This document shows, in pieces, positions 28,180-40,800 of a DNA stretch of 64,000 nucleotides; within the stretch, counting starts at the first letter, position 1, and every line of letters begins with the position of its first letter. The stretch is from Yuukianura sp. NJ FZ-2021 (lineage: Eukaryota), in NCBI GenBank assembly GCA_046563655.1, contig CM102285.1:11346001-11410000 (forward strand), in the 5' to 3' direction. The position numbers and the translations under genes were made by a program. The notes beneath the pieces are model-generated. The model ran no database searches and was not told where the DNA came from. It saw nothing but the letters and a program-made list of their open reading frames with translations.

Positions 28180-29990
28180 ACAAAATCCATGGACTATGGT
28201 ACAAGAATATTGCTAAAAATTCGCAAATTTTAGATTTTCGTTTTAAGGGTTTAAAAGATTCGATGTATCATTGTGAGAACAATCGTGAAGGAGTTAGCAA
28301 TTTAGTGCATTGCGTTTCAGAGATATGAATTTTTAAAGTTTGTGAATTTTTGGAAAAAGATTTTCCGTTTTGATGCAGAGGAACCTGCTTGAAAAGTGTC
28401 CGGAGCTATGCGGAGATTAGGCGACTCAAAAAGGCTCCACACCTTCCTCAACTTTTTTCCCGCTGGCGGCCTCCCCATACAAAAATCCAAAAAGCAGAGA
28501 GAGGCTACCTGCCTCTTTGGGCCGTACGATCCCCTGTCTACTTTTCTGCTCTGTCAAAGGCCTCCCATGTTAAAAACTCTTTCGAAACTTGAACTTGGAG
28601 CTCACGCTCATTTCCACAGCTAGTACTTTTCTACGACTGAAGTCCACAGGTAGTACATCGTACACATTTCCTTTGCAAATATCTTTTTCGCATAAAAATT
28701 TGCAAAAAGTCTTACCTTCAAAATGTTCTGAAATTTCACTATAAAAAACGTTTACACAGTATATCTTTTCAGCTCTCTCATCCCACCCATGCTATGCAAA
28801 AGACATTAGAAACTTGCAAAGCACAAGCACAGTTCATCATTTGTTTCCCTTTTAGAAAATTTCAAAAAATCAAAAACTTTGACAATTCATAACTTTCGAA
28901 TGGAAAACGATAGAAAGCTAAACTCTTCGAGCCAGAACTCAGAAAAACATTTTCTAAAAAGTATTTTATAAAACTTAAAAAAAATTTTTTTGAAAACTAA
29001 AATTGGAATTCTGAAAACTTTGAAAATTCATAACTCAGGAACGGAGATGGATAGCGAAGTAAACTCTTCGGCCCTGAACTCATAGCAGGAAGTAGTATTT
29101 TATAAAATTTTAAAAAAGTACCCTAAAATTTTGACTAAATTTTGAAAAAAACCATGGACTATAGTCCAGGGATTTTTTTTGGCGAAAATTTTTTTGTTTC
29201 ATTTTTAAGCGTTTAATAATTTTAAAAGATGCTGCATGTCTATAGATGTTCTAGATGTGAGAGATGAGTGCTGCAGCGCTATCCGTCCCAAAGTTATGAA
29301 TTTTCAAAGTTTTCAAATTTTAAATTTTGAAAATTCATATCTCTGGAACGAAAAAAGATACAAGGTGAAACTCTTCGCGTCTGAACATCTATTTATATGA
29401 TGAATCTTTTCAACTTTAAAAAAATCCGAAATCTAACAAAAAAGGTTTTTGTAAAAAAAAATCCCTGAACTATAGTCCATGATTTTTTTCAAAATTTAGT
29501 CAAAATTTTAGGGTACTTTTTTAAAATTTTATAAAATACTACCTCCTGCTATGAGTTCAGGGCCGAAGAGTTTACTTCGCTATCCATCTCCGTTCCTGAG
29601 TTATGAATTTTCAAAGTTTTCAAAATTCCAATTTTAGTTTTCAAATTTTTTTTTTAAGTTTTAGAAAATACTTTTTAGAAAATGTTTTTCTGAGTTCTGG
29701 CTCGAAGAGTTTAGCTTTCTATCGTTTTCCATTCGAAAGTTATGAATTTTCAAAGTTTTTGATTTTTTGAAATTTTCTGAAAGAGATTTAACAAGGGGAA
29801 GTAGGGGAGTCAGTTTCGAAAGTGTCCGGAGCTGGAAGGGGATCGTACGGCCCAGAAAGGCTCCTCACCTTTCTCAACTTTTTTCCCGCAACTGGCTTTG
29901 GCCGCGAAGCAGAAGAGGGGTGTCGCTCTTCGTTCTGTATAAGACCCTATCTCAATGCTTCCAAATTCCCACTCGCACTTTCCAATTCCA
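28180..29990. mobile_element. Probable non-autonomous DNA element (foldback/MITE- or Helitron-derivative-like) built from repeated modules; boundaries approximate
   Basis: The module tgaaaattcataact...gaacg...aaactcttcg recurs in both orientations. ccatggactat occurs at ~28187 and ~29152. Paired GC-richer flanking blocks lie at ~28391-28550 and ~29818-29960. No transposase ORF and no clear TSD were identified. Confidence 0.55.
28854..29778. repeat. Long inverted repeat: ~325 bp arms (28854-29180 and 29453-29778), ~270 bp spacer
   Basis: Arm 1 (agaaaatttcaaaaaatc...catggactatagtccagggattttt) is the reverse complement of arm 2, with only a handful of substitutions and homopolymer-length differences visible by eye. 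Confidence 0.95.
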
Positions 29991-30553
29991 CTGATCACAA
30001 AGTTTTAAAAATTGCAACTTTTTCGCGATTTCTTTGAGTACATTGTTCGGGTCAAGCTGTAGAACATCAATTTATGTAATTTGGGACAAAAATTTCAAAA
30101 GAAAACGCAACTTCACAAAATCTTTAATGTATAACTATAACGCATTTTTTTCAAAGCAAAAAAATGGCGTAAGTCCTTATGTTTTTTGACGTTTTATTTT
30201 ATTAAAATTTTTTTGATGTAATCTAATTTTATGAAATGAAATGGAAAAGTCTCCCAGAGAAAATAACCAACAATAACATTTTATTTAATTCTCTTGCTAT
30301 TTTCTGACGCCGTATGAACAATTTTATATTTTCTTCCCCTTAAGTCCTACCTTAAATATCAAACCGGAAAATAATTAATTTTTATGTGGCATTTGGTTTT
30401 ACAATAAAAACCGTTTCTAAATGTCAAATGTCCTGTGTTATAAATTTCGAAAAACCGAACTATAAAAAACGTCCCACTAGTTGGTAAGTGTTTTACAAAC
30501 TAAAAACGCGTTTGCATTTGTACAAAATTAGCAAATTAATAGCCGACATGGCG

Positions 30554-31364
30554 TTACTCATCGAAATCAAAATCTCCATCGCTTGAATCTCCATTGTCGA
30601 AGTCCTCTTCGTCGGGATAGTCGTTGCGCCAGTTATCTTCCGCATTTGAATCTTCATCATCGCGATTAGAGTGATCAGAGACAGAGTCGTCGTCCGTATT
30701 AACATCATCGTCATTCTCTTCGGCGTCAATGATGAGTTTAGGATCCGATAGATCAATCGGTCTGGACGTATCAACTGTGAAATTCCCGGCATTCACAAAC
30801 GTCTTCCTGTAAATACGAAACAATAAAAACGTAAAATATATGGTCCATTTTACAGTCACTGTATTTATCAAAAGTGAATCTCAATTTACCCGTATATGTT
30901 TAACGCCTCACATCCTTGAGATAAAGTGTCCAAGTATTCCTTGCTAAAGTAAAAATATTAAAGGATGTTTGTTCTAAATTAAATTGCACATGTAAAAAGT
31001 CAAGTGTACCTTCAAAATTCACTTACAATTTATTTCTGGTATTGTCATTATGATTCCCGGCATCAGGATTAGAACTAGAGAGAAGTAGTGGGGTCGTGTG
31101 ACCTTCACCTTCATTGTCTGAGGAATCGGACGGCGAGCTAGATGAAGTTGTATTTGGAGAAACAGATCGTTTTCTCTTCCTCGTTTGCCGTGTCTCGGCA
31201 GTATCTGGAACCTTTCCAGGTAGTAACTCCGGAAGATAATACGTAGACCGAGTGGAGTCTGGAAATAATTCTGAAATCTTCATCTTCTTGGCTAAGGGCG
31301 ACTCAGGAACAACAATACCGGTCACATCCTCTGCTTTTTCCGGTGATGGTTCTCTCTTCGACAT
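30554..31364 (-). CDS. SLC7A6OS: Iwr1/SLC7A6OS-like RNA polymerase II nuclear import factor; exons 31364-31027, 30943-30890, 30806-30554 (~214 aa)
   Basis: Three exons join in frame. The C-terminus has DEDSNAEDNWRNDYPDEE, the Iwr1-family signature, and there is a basic RKRKR stretch in exon 1. Confidence 0.7.
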
Positions 31365-32429
31365 CTTGAAACTCTAAATTTCAAATTCAGAAGTTAGTTG
31401 GGTCAAGGTGAACCTCACAACACGACAGACACAGAGTATTTGTGTACATCAGTTTCGTGGTACAACTCCGTTGCGAAACATTTTTTTTAACGAACTCAAG
31501 ATTTAAAGTAATTGAATTCTAGTAAAGTAATTTAGTAATTGTTCAAGTAGGGGTTACTTTGTCACGATTAAAGTTTAGCTTAAGTTGTCGCAACAAAACA
31601 TGTGCTTGAATAAACCAAAATCGTTATTTCACGAAAAACCAAATGAAATAATATCACAATGGAAGTTCTACCACAATACTGCAGTTTTTCCTTAGTATAG
31701 TTTAAACTTTAAAGCAATGCCTCACAAATGCTACTCACAAATTTCGCCTGAATTGAGAGCAATTACTAGTAGTAGATCAGCGATTCCCTTATTCGGACCT
31801 CGGACCCGGACGAGATGCCGACGACGGAAAAAAGTGAACAGGTGAGTTGCGTCAAGAACAAGCTAAGCTAAGGAGTCCAGTCAGTCCAGTGCCAGTGCCG
31901 GGTCCTGAAACTATAAAAGTATGTAATTTGTATGTGAGGAAATAAAATTTAATTAAGTGACTAGCCAATCACTATTCTAGTAATTTAACATTTATACTTT
32001 TACTCACTTGAAGACTGAATGAAGCAATGACGAACGACGAAGGCACGAATGATGAAGGAACACAACAAACTGATGATGATGATTCGATGATGATGAACAA
32101 TGAACTGAAAAAAGAAACAAAATTAAATACAATAAAGACTAAAGAATAACAAATCGAATTTCTGTGAGTTTGAATTTTTCCCGCGTGTGACATTGTTCGA
32201 ATCTCACACGTTGTGTTATGTCGAGACTTTTTTTTTAGCGAACCCAACAAAGCACATGTGAAAAAGGCGGGATCGAAATCAAAAATCTTAATTTGTAAGT
32301 TCTTGGCTGATGGCTGGCTTCTGCAAATCCAATTTCACCTTACGAAATTTTAATTTAACCACTTTCCCATTATAATTCAGTAATTTAATATAATTTTAAT
32401 TGAGAACTAATTTTTGGAAGTTGACAGTT

Positions 32430-34604
32430 ATGAAGTACCCACCCATTTTACGTCGATCAGTGCAGTTGTCACACTCCTTTCCTCAGCAGTTTGCCATCTC
32501 CAGAAATTATTCAAGTAGTACTGCTATTCTTACGAGTCACACATCACTACCGGTATATTCGGGTCAACGAAGGTCACTATTAAGATATCAACCCCAATAC
32601 GGATACTCATCACCTTTTGCGTTACTAACCTTGGCAAGATTCGAGTCCACGTCGGTTCCAGAAGTCAAAATAGAAGACTCGGTTCTAGGAGCGCTTGACG
32701 GAGCCTTCGGAGCACCCCATGTACATTCGACGCTTGGAGATGATGTCAGTAGAGCTACAACAGGCAGTAACGTTGATGCCCCTGTTGCGGAGGTCAAAGT
32801 TGAAGATGGAGTTCTAGGAGCCCTTGATGGTGCGTTCGGGGCGCCACACGTCCATTCGTCGATTGGAGATTTTCGGGCAGCAGCTGACTCCACGGGTAAG
32901 GATTTGTAGTTTTATAAGCGTAATAACTGAATAATTGGGTAATAGTAGCCTAACATTACTAATAATAAATTATAACATTACTAAATTCTGTTCTATATTT
33001 CAGCTGGAGTATTTGGACCGAAACTATCACTTAATATCCCTGAACCACCCGAAGTTTCTCCTACAATTGTAGAATCGGTTAACAAATTGGTGTTAAATTC
33101 AGCCGGAGAACCTACATTCGAGAGCCTTGGAATTGGAGGATGGACACCATCCGGAATGGTTCAACAATGTATGGAGTTCTTACACATTACGGTAGGGCTG
33201 CCGTGGTGGGGTGCCATTCTTGCAGGTTACCATAAATCTAAACTTTTATATTTCACTGGCGATTTGGACATCGTTACTTAGTAATCAAATCTTCAAATCA
33301 TAAGACCAATCTCTCTCTTTTACAGGTACGATTGTTGTCAGAACTTTAGTGTTCCCTCTTGTACTCAAAAGCCAACGGAACGCTGCGAAAATGCGGAACA
33401 ATTTGCCGGAAATGCAAGGCATTCAGCTAAAGTTGACCCAAGCCAAACAGAGTGGTGATCAGCTAATGGGTGAGTACAATTTAGCACATCTCATTTGAAT
33501 CTCCCAACCGTTGTTGGCAAGTTCTTTTAAAAAGCATTCCTCTCCTTCTAGTCGCAAAATATACCCATGACTTGATGGCGTTTATGAAAGAAAAGGACAT
33601 CAACCCACTGAAAAGTATGGTCGTACCATTGGCCATGGTAACTTTCTATACACCAATGACTTCTTAGGCAACTTCATTAAATCTTATTACATATTTAGAG
33701 GTACATTCTTCCTGCTATTTCAGGCTCCCGTATTCATCAGCTTTTTCTTTGGACTGAGAAAGATGGCAAATCTTCCGGTGGAAAGTATGCGCGAGGGTGG
33801 ATTGTTTTGGTTCACAGATCTTACGGTTATGGATCCCTATTATATTTTGCCGCTAATCACAAGTACGACGCTCCTAATTACTCTGGAGGTGAGAACAATT
33901 TTGAGAAGATCCATTACATCGTAACTGCTAAACTTGTGAAAGTAGTTTGAAGTTAAACTAATTCCTACAGGTTGGAGCTGATGGTGTCAGAGTGGATTCG
34001 GGTCCGCATAGTCAATTGATCAAGTATTTTACCAGAGCTATCCCTGTCATTATCTTCCCACTGACCATGAACTTTCCAGCGGTAAGTTTATAATTATCCT
34101 AGTGTTAGTAGTTATTCGGCGAACCGGAAATCCTGTCACCAGACACTATGACCTCAACTTTTTTGAATTTCCTTTAGATGTTCTAGTAATCTAGTACAAC
34201 TTTTTTTTCAGGCACTCCTTTGTTACTGGGTATCTACAAACGGAATCTCACTGATTCAAGTTAGTCTTCTCAAAATCCCAGCGATACGTGCAAAATTTGG
34301 AATCGATGCCGTCAAACATTATAACACCGAGGATTTGCCCATCAAGAAGAAAGGATTTATGGAGAGCGCAAAGGAGTGTAAGCCAAGCCTACCTAAAATT
34401 CATTCCAGTCTCTAATAAGACGAGCTCATACCTACCCAACTAATTTTTGTTTGCAATATTACAGCATGGAACAATGTTAAAACTTCTAAACAATTGGAAG
34501 AACGGGAGAGATACGACGAAATGACTTTTAAAAGAGCCGGACGAGGCCCGATTCCCAAAACTTTCAAGTATGACCCCACAAAGGTTCAGGCCAAGTCGAA
34601 GTAG
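32430..34604 (+). CDS. OXA1L: Mitochondrial inner membrane insertase OXA1L (YidC/Oxa1 family), 8 exons
   Basis: Arg/Ser-rich presequence-like N-terminus. Motifs [90 protein letters not shown], and C-terminal [19 protein letters not shown]. Confidence 0.93.
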
Positions 34605-35080
34605 AGTAGACTACAGAATTATGCTACGTTAGATTCGGATCTCTAGTAATTAATAAATGGAACATATTATTAATTGGCGAGGTAAGACGCATCAACGATA
34701 ATGTGAATTCAAACAAATGTGACAATCCATTGTTACATCGGCTATAGGTCTCTTTCCGTTAATTTGTCAATGCTGAAAAGCAACCTACGTAGCCATCAAT
34801 CAATCAGCTTCAGGTTTAACTCGAATTTCATTGACCTAGTCACAGTCCCTGTTTTCTCTGTCACCTACATCTTGACCAGTGTTATGGAAGAATGTCACCT
34901 CAGCATCAGTTTTACTCCTCCAAGCGTCCTTTGATCTCAATTTCATTTTTAATTAACCTTTGAGGCAGGTTTTCTTGTAAGTTTCTCCACTTTTAACTTT
35001 CAGTTGACACCATAACTTCAAAGGAATCAAACATACTGAAGCCGTAACAGAATAAGAATTGAACTTTTCAAACAGGAGAA

Positions 35081-37251
35081 ATGGGATTGCCTTTCTTACT
35101 TTTTGTGCTAATTTCCAGCACTTTTGGATCTCCAGCCCAACGAGGTTTGTGTGAAAATCATTATCTCCAGCTTAAAATCGTATTTTGGTTCAAAAATTAT
35201 AATTTGCCTATCTGCAGCTCCAGCGTGCGGTGAGACGCGACTGAATTTGAAAGATGGCGACCATGGATACTTCTCATCGCCTGGTTATCCCAGAAATTAC
35301 AGAGGCGGCGTAGAGTGTGAATATCGTTATGAGGTTAAGAAAGCAGCAGTAATGTAGTACCTTGCGCCTTGTGGTGAAAGTTAAGCAACTTTTGTTAATG
35401 CTTATGCGATTTTTTTCTCATAGGGAGCCCCTGGCACGGTCGTCCAAGCCACTGTATTTGACCTCAAAACACAAAATGCTCTGCTGACCGACATCTCTGA
35501 TTCTCTTTACGTTTCACTAAGTGGAAATTGGAACGACAGCCAACGGTAAGCCAATGAAAAAGTCTGAATTTGATCAAAACACAACAGAAGTGAATTTTGT
35601 GAACAGGTATTCTGGAGATTTGGCTCCAGTGACCCCGATGGTCTTGGTTTCAGACGGAAATACATTGGCGTTTAGATTCAGATCATCTAGATTTAGCGAA
35701 GGCAGCAAAGGATTTCGAATAGGCTACTTCGTTAGGGTAAGACGCTTGCACAATTTCAACTTGCAGTTAACCAGATCGGATCCAAAGAAAAGTGCTGAAT
35801 CTTTCAGGCAAGTACTTCTGGAAAACCTGCTTTGTCCGAACCTGCTCACGATATTTACGTCGGTAAGTTCAGTAATGATTAATCATAAAAGCAATTCTTG
35901 TAGCTTTCCCTAATCTGGTTGCTTTTGCTAACAGTGACTGTGTGCAACTACGTTCCTGTGGACACTCCGCAAACATTTCCGGAACAAGGCATCAGTCGTG
36001 TTACCGTGGAAGGAATTAACAGGACAAATCCAAATCCATTCTTAGTAGCTTTAGTTTTGGATGACAATCAGTTTTGCTCCGGAACCCTGATTAGTGATCG
36101 CCATGTCCTTACCAGTTCACACTGTACGCGCGGGTATGTACCAATATTTCTTTGAATTTAGCCAAGATCGTTTACATGCCACCATGTTCAAAAATAATTC
36201 CGGAGCTATAAACTTTCTTTGCAATTTCTAGGGTGAAGAAAGTGGACATGATTTTTGGAACTGACAATTTGATGTCCGAGGATGACGGAGTTCAGAAAAG
36301 AAGTGCCCCGGCTTCATCAATCACCCAGCATCCAAATTTTGACCCCTACACTGGTGAAAATGACATGAGCGTGATCACACTAGATAAACCTGTCGACGTA
36401 ACAGGTAACTCAGAGCTAACAAACAGAAAACGGTAGAAGTTCTTACGGATTGAACTGAACGAACTGAAAGAAAATTCTTACCTTCAACCTTTTCAATTTA
36501 GCTTTCGTTATTCCTGCAACTGTTCCAACCTGGTCATTGATGGGAACCACTTTCACTGGTTTCAAAGGCGACATTGTGGGCTGGGGAGACTCCAAAAGTA
36601 AGCCACACAGAGAAATAAACTGAAAACAAATACTAGACCAAGCAATAAAACTTGATACTTTGAATTTCGAAATTTAGGTGGAACAGTTTATAGTCAAGCC
36701 GGAAGAAAGTCACTGAACGTGTCCCCAAATGCTGCTTGTAGTGTGGGCAATCGAGGTCATACAGGACTTTCAATGTGTAGTCGAATGTCACCAGGTCTAA
36801 CTTGTCAGGTAACAACTCCAACGACTTTTACGTTATAACTTCAATTTGACAAATGAAAACTACTAAATTCCTTTTTCAGGCCGACTCAGGGAGCCCTATC
36901 GTCGCAAGTCGTGCTTACTGTAATGGACCAGTCAACCAAAACAACAATGGCGACAACGGAATCAACAACTCAGCTCAACATCCCTCAAGACCTCAGAAAC
37001 CAGTCAAACCAGGAGCAAAGCCAAACAGGCCAACCAAACCAAACAGACCAAACAGGCCTGACGATGATCTGAGGGATGACACTGAACCATTTTTAGCCGC
37101 ACCAGCCTTAACAAAGTACAAAGCCAATATTCTACTCGGATTGGTTTCTCACGGGTCTTGCGAGAAAGGATTTACATTCACACGAGTGACCTCTCAACTT
37201 GACTTTCTTTCACAATTCATAACGCTCCACAGTGACACGCCATACATTTGA
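35081..37251 (+). CDS. Secreted CUB-domain + trypsin-fold serine protease, copy 1 (His/Asp/Ser triad retained), ~10 exons
   Basis: Signal-like MGLPFLLFVLISSTFG. CUB motifs CGE..GYFSSPGYPRNY..ECEY and FRFRS..KGFRIGY. Protease motifs FCSGTLISDRHVLTSSHC, HPNFDPYTGENDMSVITL, VGWG, CQADSGSPIV and LLGLVSHGSC..FTRV..LDF. Confidence 0.85.
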
Positions 37252-37395
37252 CCTTATACAATTCCACTTTCCCAAGTAGCCAATTCATCATGTCTTATTT
37301 AAATTATTACACAAACTGTCTTCAATTTTGAAGAATAACAATTTGCGCAATGTCCAGTGCATAGAAAAAACCGATTCGATTTTTGCGAAACTCAG

Positions 37396-37510
37396 CATCT
37401 CAAAAACTCCAAGTTCGAAAAACTAACGAAAAGAAAGTTGTACCAAAAATTCCCATCTGAAAACTACAAGTTCGAAAAGAACGAAACGAAAGTACAAAAA
37501 AATTTCACGC
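37396..37510. repeat. Degenerate ~56 bp tandem duplication between the two protease genes
   Basis: catctcaaaaactccaagttcgaaaaactaacgaaaagaaagt versus catctgaaaactacaagttcgaaaagaacgaaacgaaagt. Confidence 0.55.
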
Positions 37511-37893
37511 GATTTCGTTTTATACAACTCTTTTCAACTGCAACAAATGGAAATCATGATACTATAAAGTACTTGGACTGTTAATTGCTAATATCTGCGA
37601 ATTAACTGAGAGTAACGATTGGCGGACGAAACAATAATTCTTTTCCTGTAAAAAATAAATTCTCGTGTCTATGACCCTGCGACTCTACTGCAAACAGGTA
37701 TCGAAGCGGCAGTTCTTTGTTGAATCCTAATACTGTGTTTCTCAATTAGCTAAAACCCTAATTTTATTCAACCAGACACAATTGAAATGCTACGGAGATT
37801 GATCAAGGTTATAAATATACCCTGGAGTTGGACATGCCACGTAGTTTTTAGGGACTTTGCTACTCAGTGAATTAGTTGAACACTAACCAAATC

Positions 37894-40800
37894 ATGCTGA
37901 GACCATCACTAATTTTGGCAATTTCCTTAGGGATCTACTTTCACTATTTCGTTTTAGAAAGTGACGCTGTTTCCTTGCGTGCGAAACTGTGGAGTTCAAC
38001 AGAAGATGGGACGGATGCAACTCTTCCGGCTGCTTCTGATGCAAAAGGTAGGACATAACTTTCTCCATGGATAACTTTTAGCCGAAGAAAGTCAATCATA
38101 ACAGTCATGATTAGAAGTTAAGTCATTAACGTGTAAATTTCGAATTGACCTTAGTCACTCCACCTGTATGCGGTGGAACGCTTACTGGACTGAAGGCTGG
38201 CTCGAATGGTATCATTGAAAGCCCAAACTATCCTAACAAATATCCACGTGGAACAGAATGCGTTTGGACCCTAAAGGTATTTACAAACTGAAGCTTTCAC
38301 TTTCGTTAAAAATGCTCAGTTTTAACAAAACAAAACTAAAATACGAGCAAAAATATAACACAGACTTTGGATTTACTCAGGCTGAGCCCGGTGTTGCTAT
38401 CCATGCAACAGTATTTGATCTTAAGACTTACAGTGATCCCTTAACAGAAGTTTCCGATTCGCTCTACGTTTCACTTGTTGGACAATGGAACAATACTCAA
38501 CGGTCAGAAAAAAATTATTCCTTCATTGAATATCATAAAGAGAAAGCGATTTTTTTTTGAAAATCCGCATTTTAACCACCAAAGATTTTGAATTTAGCTT
38601 AGAATCAGTTTAAACTTTCACCAATTTTCTGAGAAAGAAAGAAAAGGAAAGCTAAATTTTCAAACAACCCTCCCAAGTAATAAGTAGCAACCTTTTAAAA
38701 AAACTTTGCAGATTTGCTGGAGACTTGACAGGGGTGACTCCATTTCCTTTGATTTCTGAAGCAAACGAATTTTTGATCAAGTTCAAGTCAAATGCAAAGG
38801 ACGGCAATGCTCGTGGCTTTCGTATGGGATACTACGTAAGGGCCCACTAATACTCTCCCTTGAACTTTCTCTTAAAATGTTCAACTTTCTCTAGAAATTT
38901 TGAAGTTTCTCTTGGAATTTTCAATCTTCTCCACTTTTGTCGTTTTAGGTTACGAGAAAAAAACCGGCCCTTACGGAACCAGCCAATCAAGTTATTGCAG
39001 GTTCATAGCAAACCAAACTCACTTTCCGTTAAATCAGAAAAATGTGAATCTTTTATGTCAAGAAATGTGAATTAAAAGTAAAACACTTTCTCTTTTAGTT
39101 TCTTGCAACTATCACTATGCTCCAGTACCAGCCATATTCCCAGAATCTGGCGGAGCCCTACGACTATATAAAGAAAGCCTAAAAAATCTACGCCAAATTC
39201 GTCGAGACAATCCAAATCCATTCCTCGTCGGTTTAGTGTTGGACGATAGTCAATTTTGCTCTGGAACACTTGTCAGTCATTACCATATTGTCACATCAGG
39301 CCATTGTCTCTACCAGTAAGTCCCCACTCATCATTCTTCCAATGGTAAAATTATGACCAAAAAATTGAATTCTAACAAAGAAGCTAAGTTTCCCATATTA
39401 CTGGAAACCAAAGAGCTTCCAAGAGAGCTAAATCCGGCTACAGCCAACGTATTAATGAGTACTCCAATCGATGACGAAATTTCCCCGTGACGCAACGACC
39501 AAAATCCTGTCACTAAAGATTTCTAAACAGTGATTTTTTTTTTGGCAGAGTCCAGAAAATAGACCTGGTGTTTGGAACAAGCGATTTAAACGTAGATGAT
39601 GCTGGAGTACAAAGACGCTCGGTTAATGCCTCATCAGTAATAATTCATCCAAAGTTTAATGCCAAAACAGGCGCAAATGACATCAGTATTATCACACTTA
39701 GCACTCCGGTGGAATACACAAGTAAAATTATAATTCGGAATTTCAAAAATTAAGAAAAACCACCCTAACCCAAATTTGTTTCCGCTGCAGGATTCGTCAG
39801 AGCAGCTCGACTTCCAACATGGAACTTACTAACTGCTCCCTTGGTGGGGCTAAATGTGGAGCTCAGTGGATGGGGCGAACATGGTCAGCATCTTTCGCTA
39901 CTTTGAATCCAACCCTTTTCATAACTAAAACTAAACTGCTAGTTTTGTGTATCAAACTTTCAGATGGAAATATTATTTCCCAAGCAAGTAGAAGCAAGCT
40001 GACATTGGCACCACAGTTGACCTGCAGGTCAACTCTACAAAAAGGGCTGAATGGAATGACAATGTGTGCGGCACCGAATGAGCAACTATGCACGGTATAT
40101 GTTGACCGACTTTAACTGACCTAAACTGGCTCAAAATTAGTTTTTAACCTTTACATACGAATTTAGTCGGATACTGGAAGTCCAGTGACAACAAGATGTC
40201 ACGACAACACTGGGGGCGGAAACGTACGTGCCTACCTACACGTTAACTTTAATATTACGTTAGTAATTAATATCAGTTTCTACTTTACTATTTCTAGGTG
40301 CAGGAGGTAAACACTGGCGAATTCATTATTACCAGACTGGTGAAAGTGAACTTTCACCACAGGTATGTCATTTAAGCGTGAATGTTTAAAATCTGTTTCA
40401 ATTATGATTCCAGGGACAAGGATCGCCAACGGTAAGGAAGCGTTTTTCTTTTTTCGAAAGTTCCTTAAAAAAAAAGATCGATTTGATGCTGGTTTTTAAC
40501 GGATATCTTTGACTGATTGTTGTCACTCTACCAATTCTACCATCATCACAGGTTGTAGAGGTGAGATTTTAGACTTTTGCAATTTCATTAATTTCACTCT
40601 ATAATTTTAAACTGAAATTCTACATTTACGTTCTAGCCCGATGGGAACGAACAAGTAAGAAATATATTTTTCGAGCACCCTCTGTATGTTAAACAGTGCA
40701 AATCTTGTCAAAAACTATGTTTTTTTAACTTTCAGGAATACGAGGTAAGAAATCTGACCAGAATGCTGAATAATAAGAATGACCAAATCGTGATGAATTT

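Noticed and set aside
28180..29990. CRISPR array or autonomous transposon
   Set aside because: The context is eukaryotic, there is no regular repeat-spacer period, and there is no transposase, RT or Rep/helicase ORF.
32588..32893. Antisense ORFs overlapping OXA1L, RPA1, PSMA1 and PSMD6 exons
   Set aside because: These are typical antisense shadows of real coding exons with no independent motifs.
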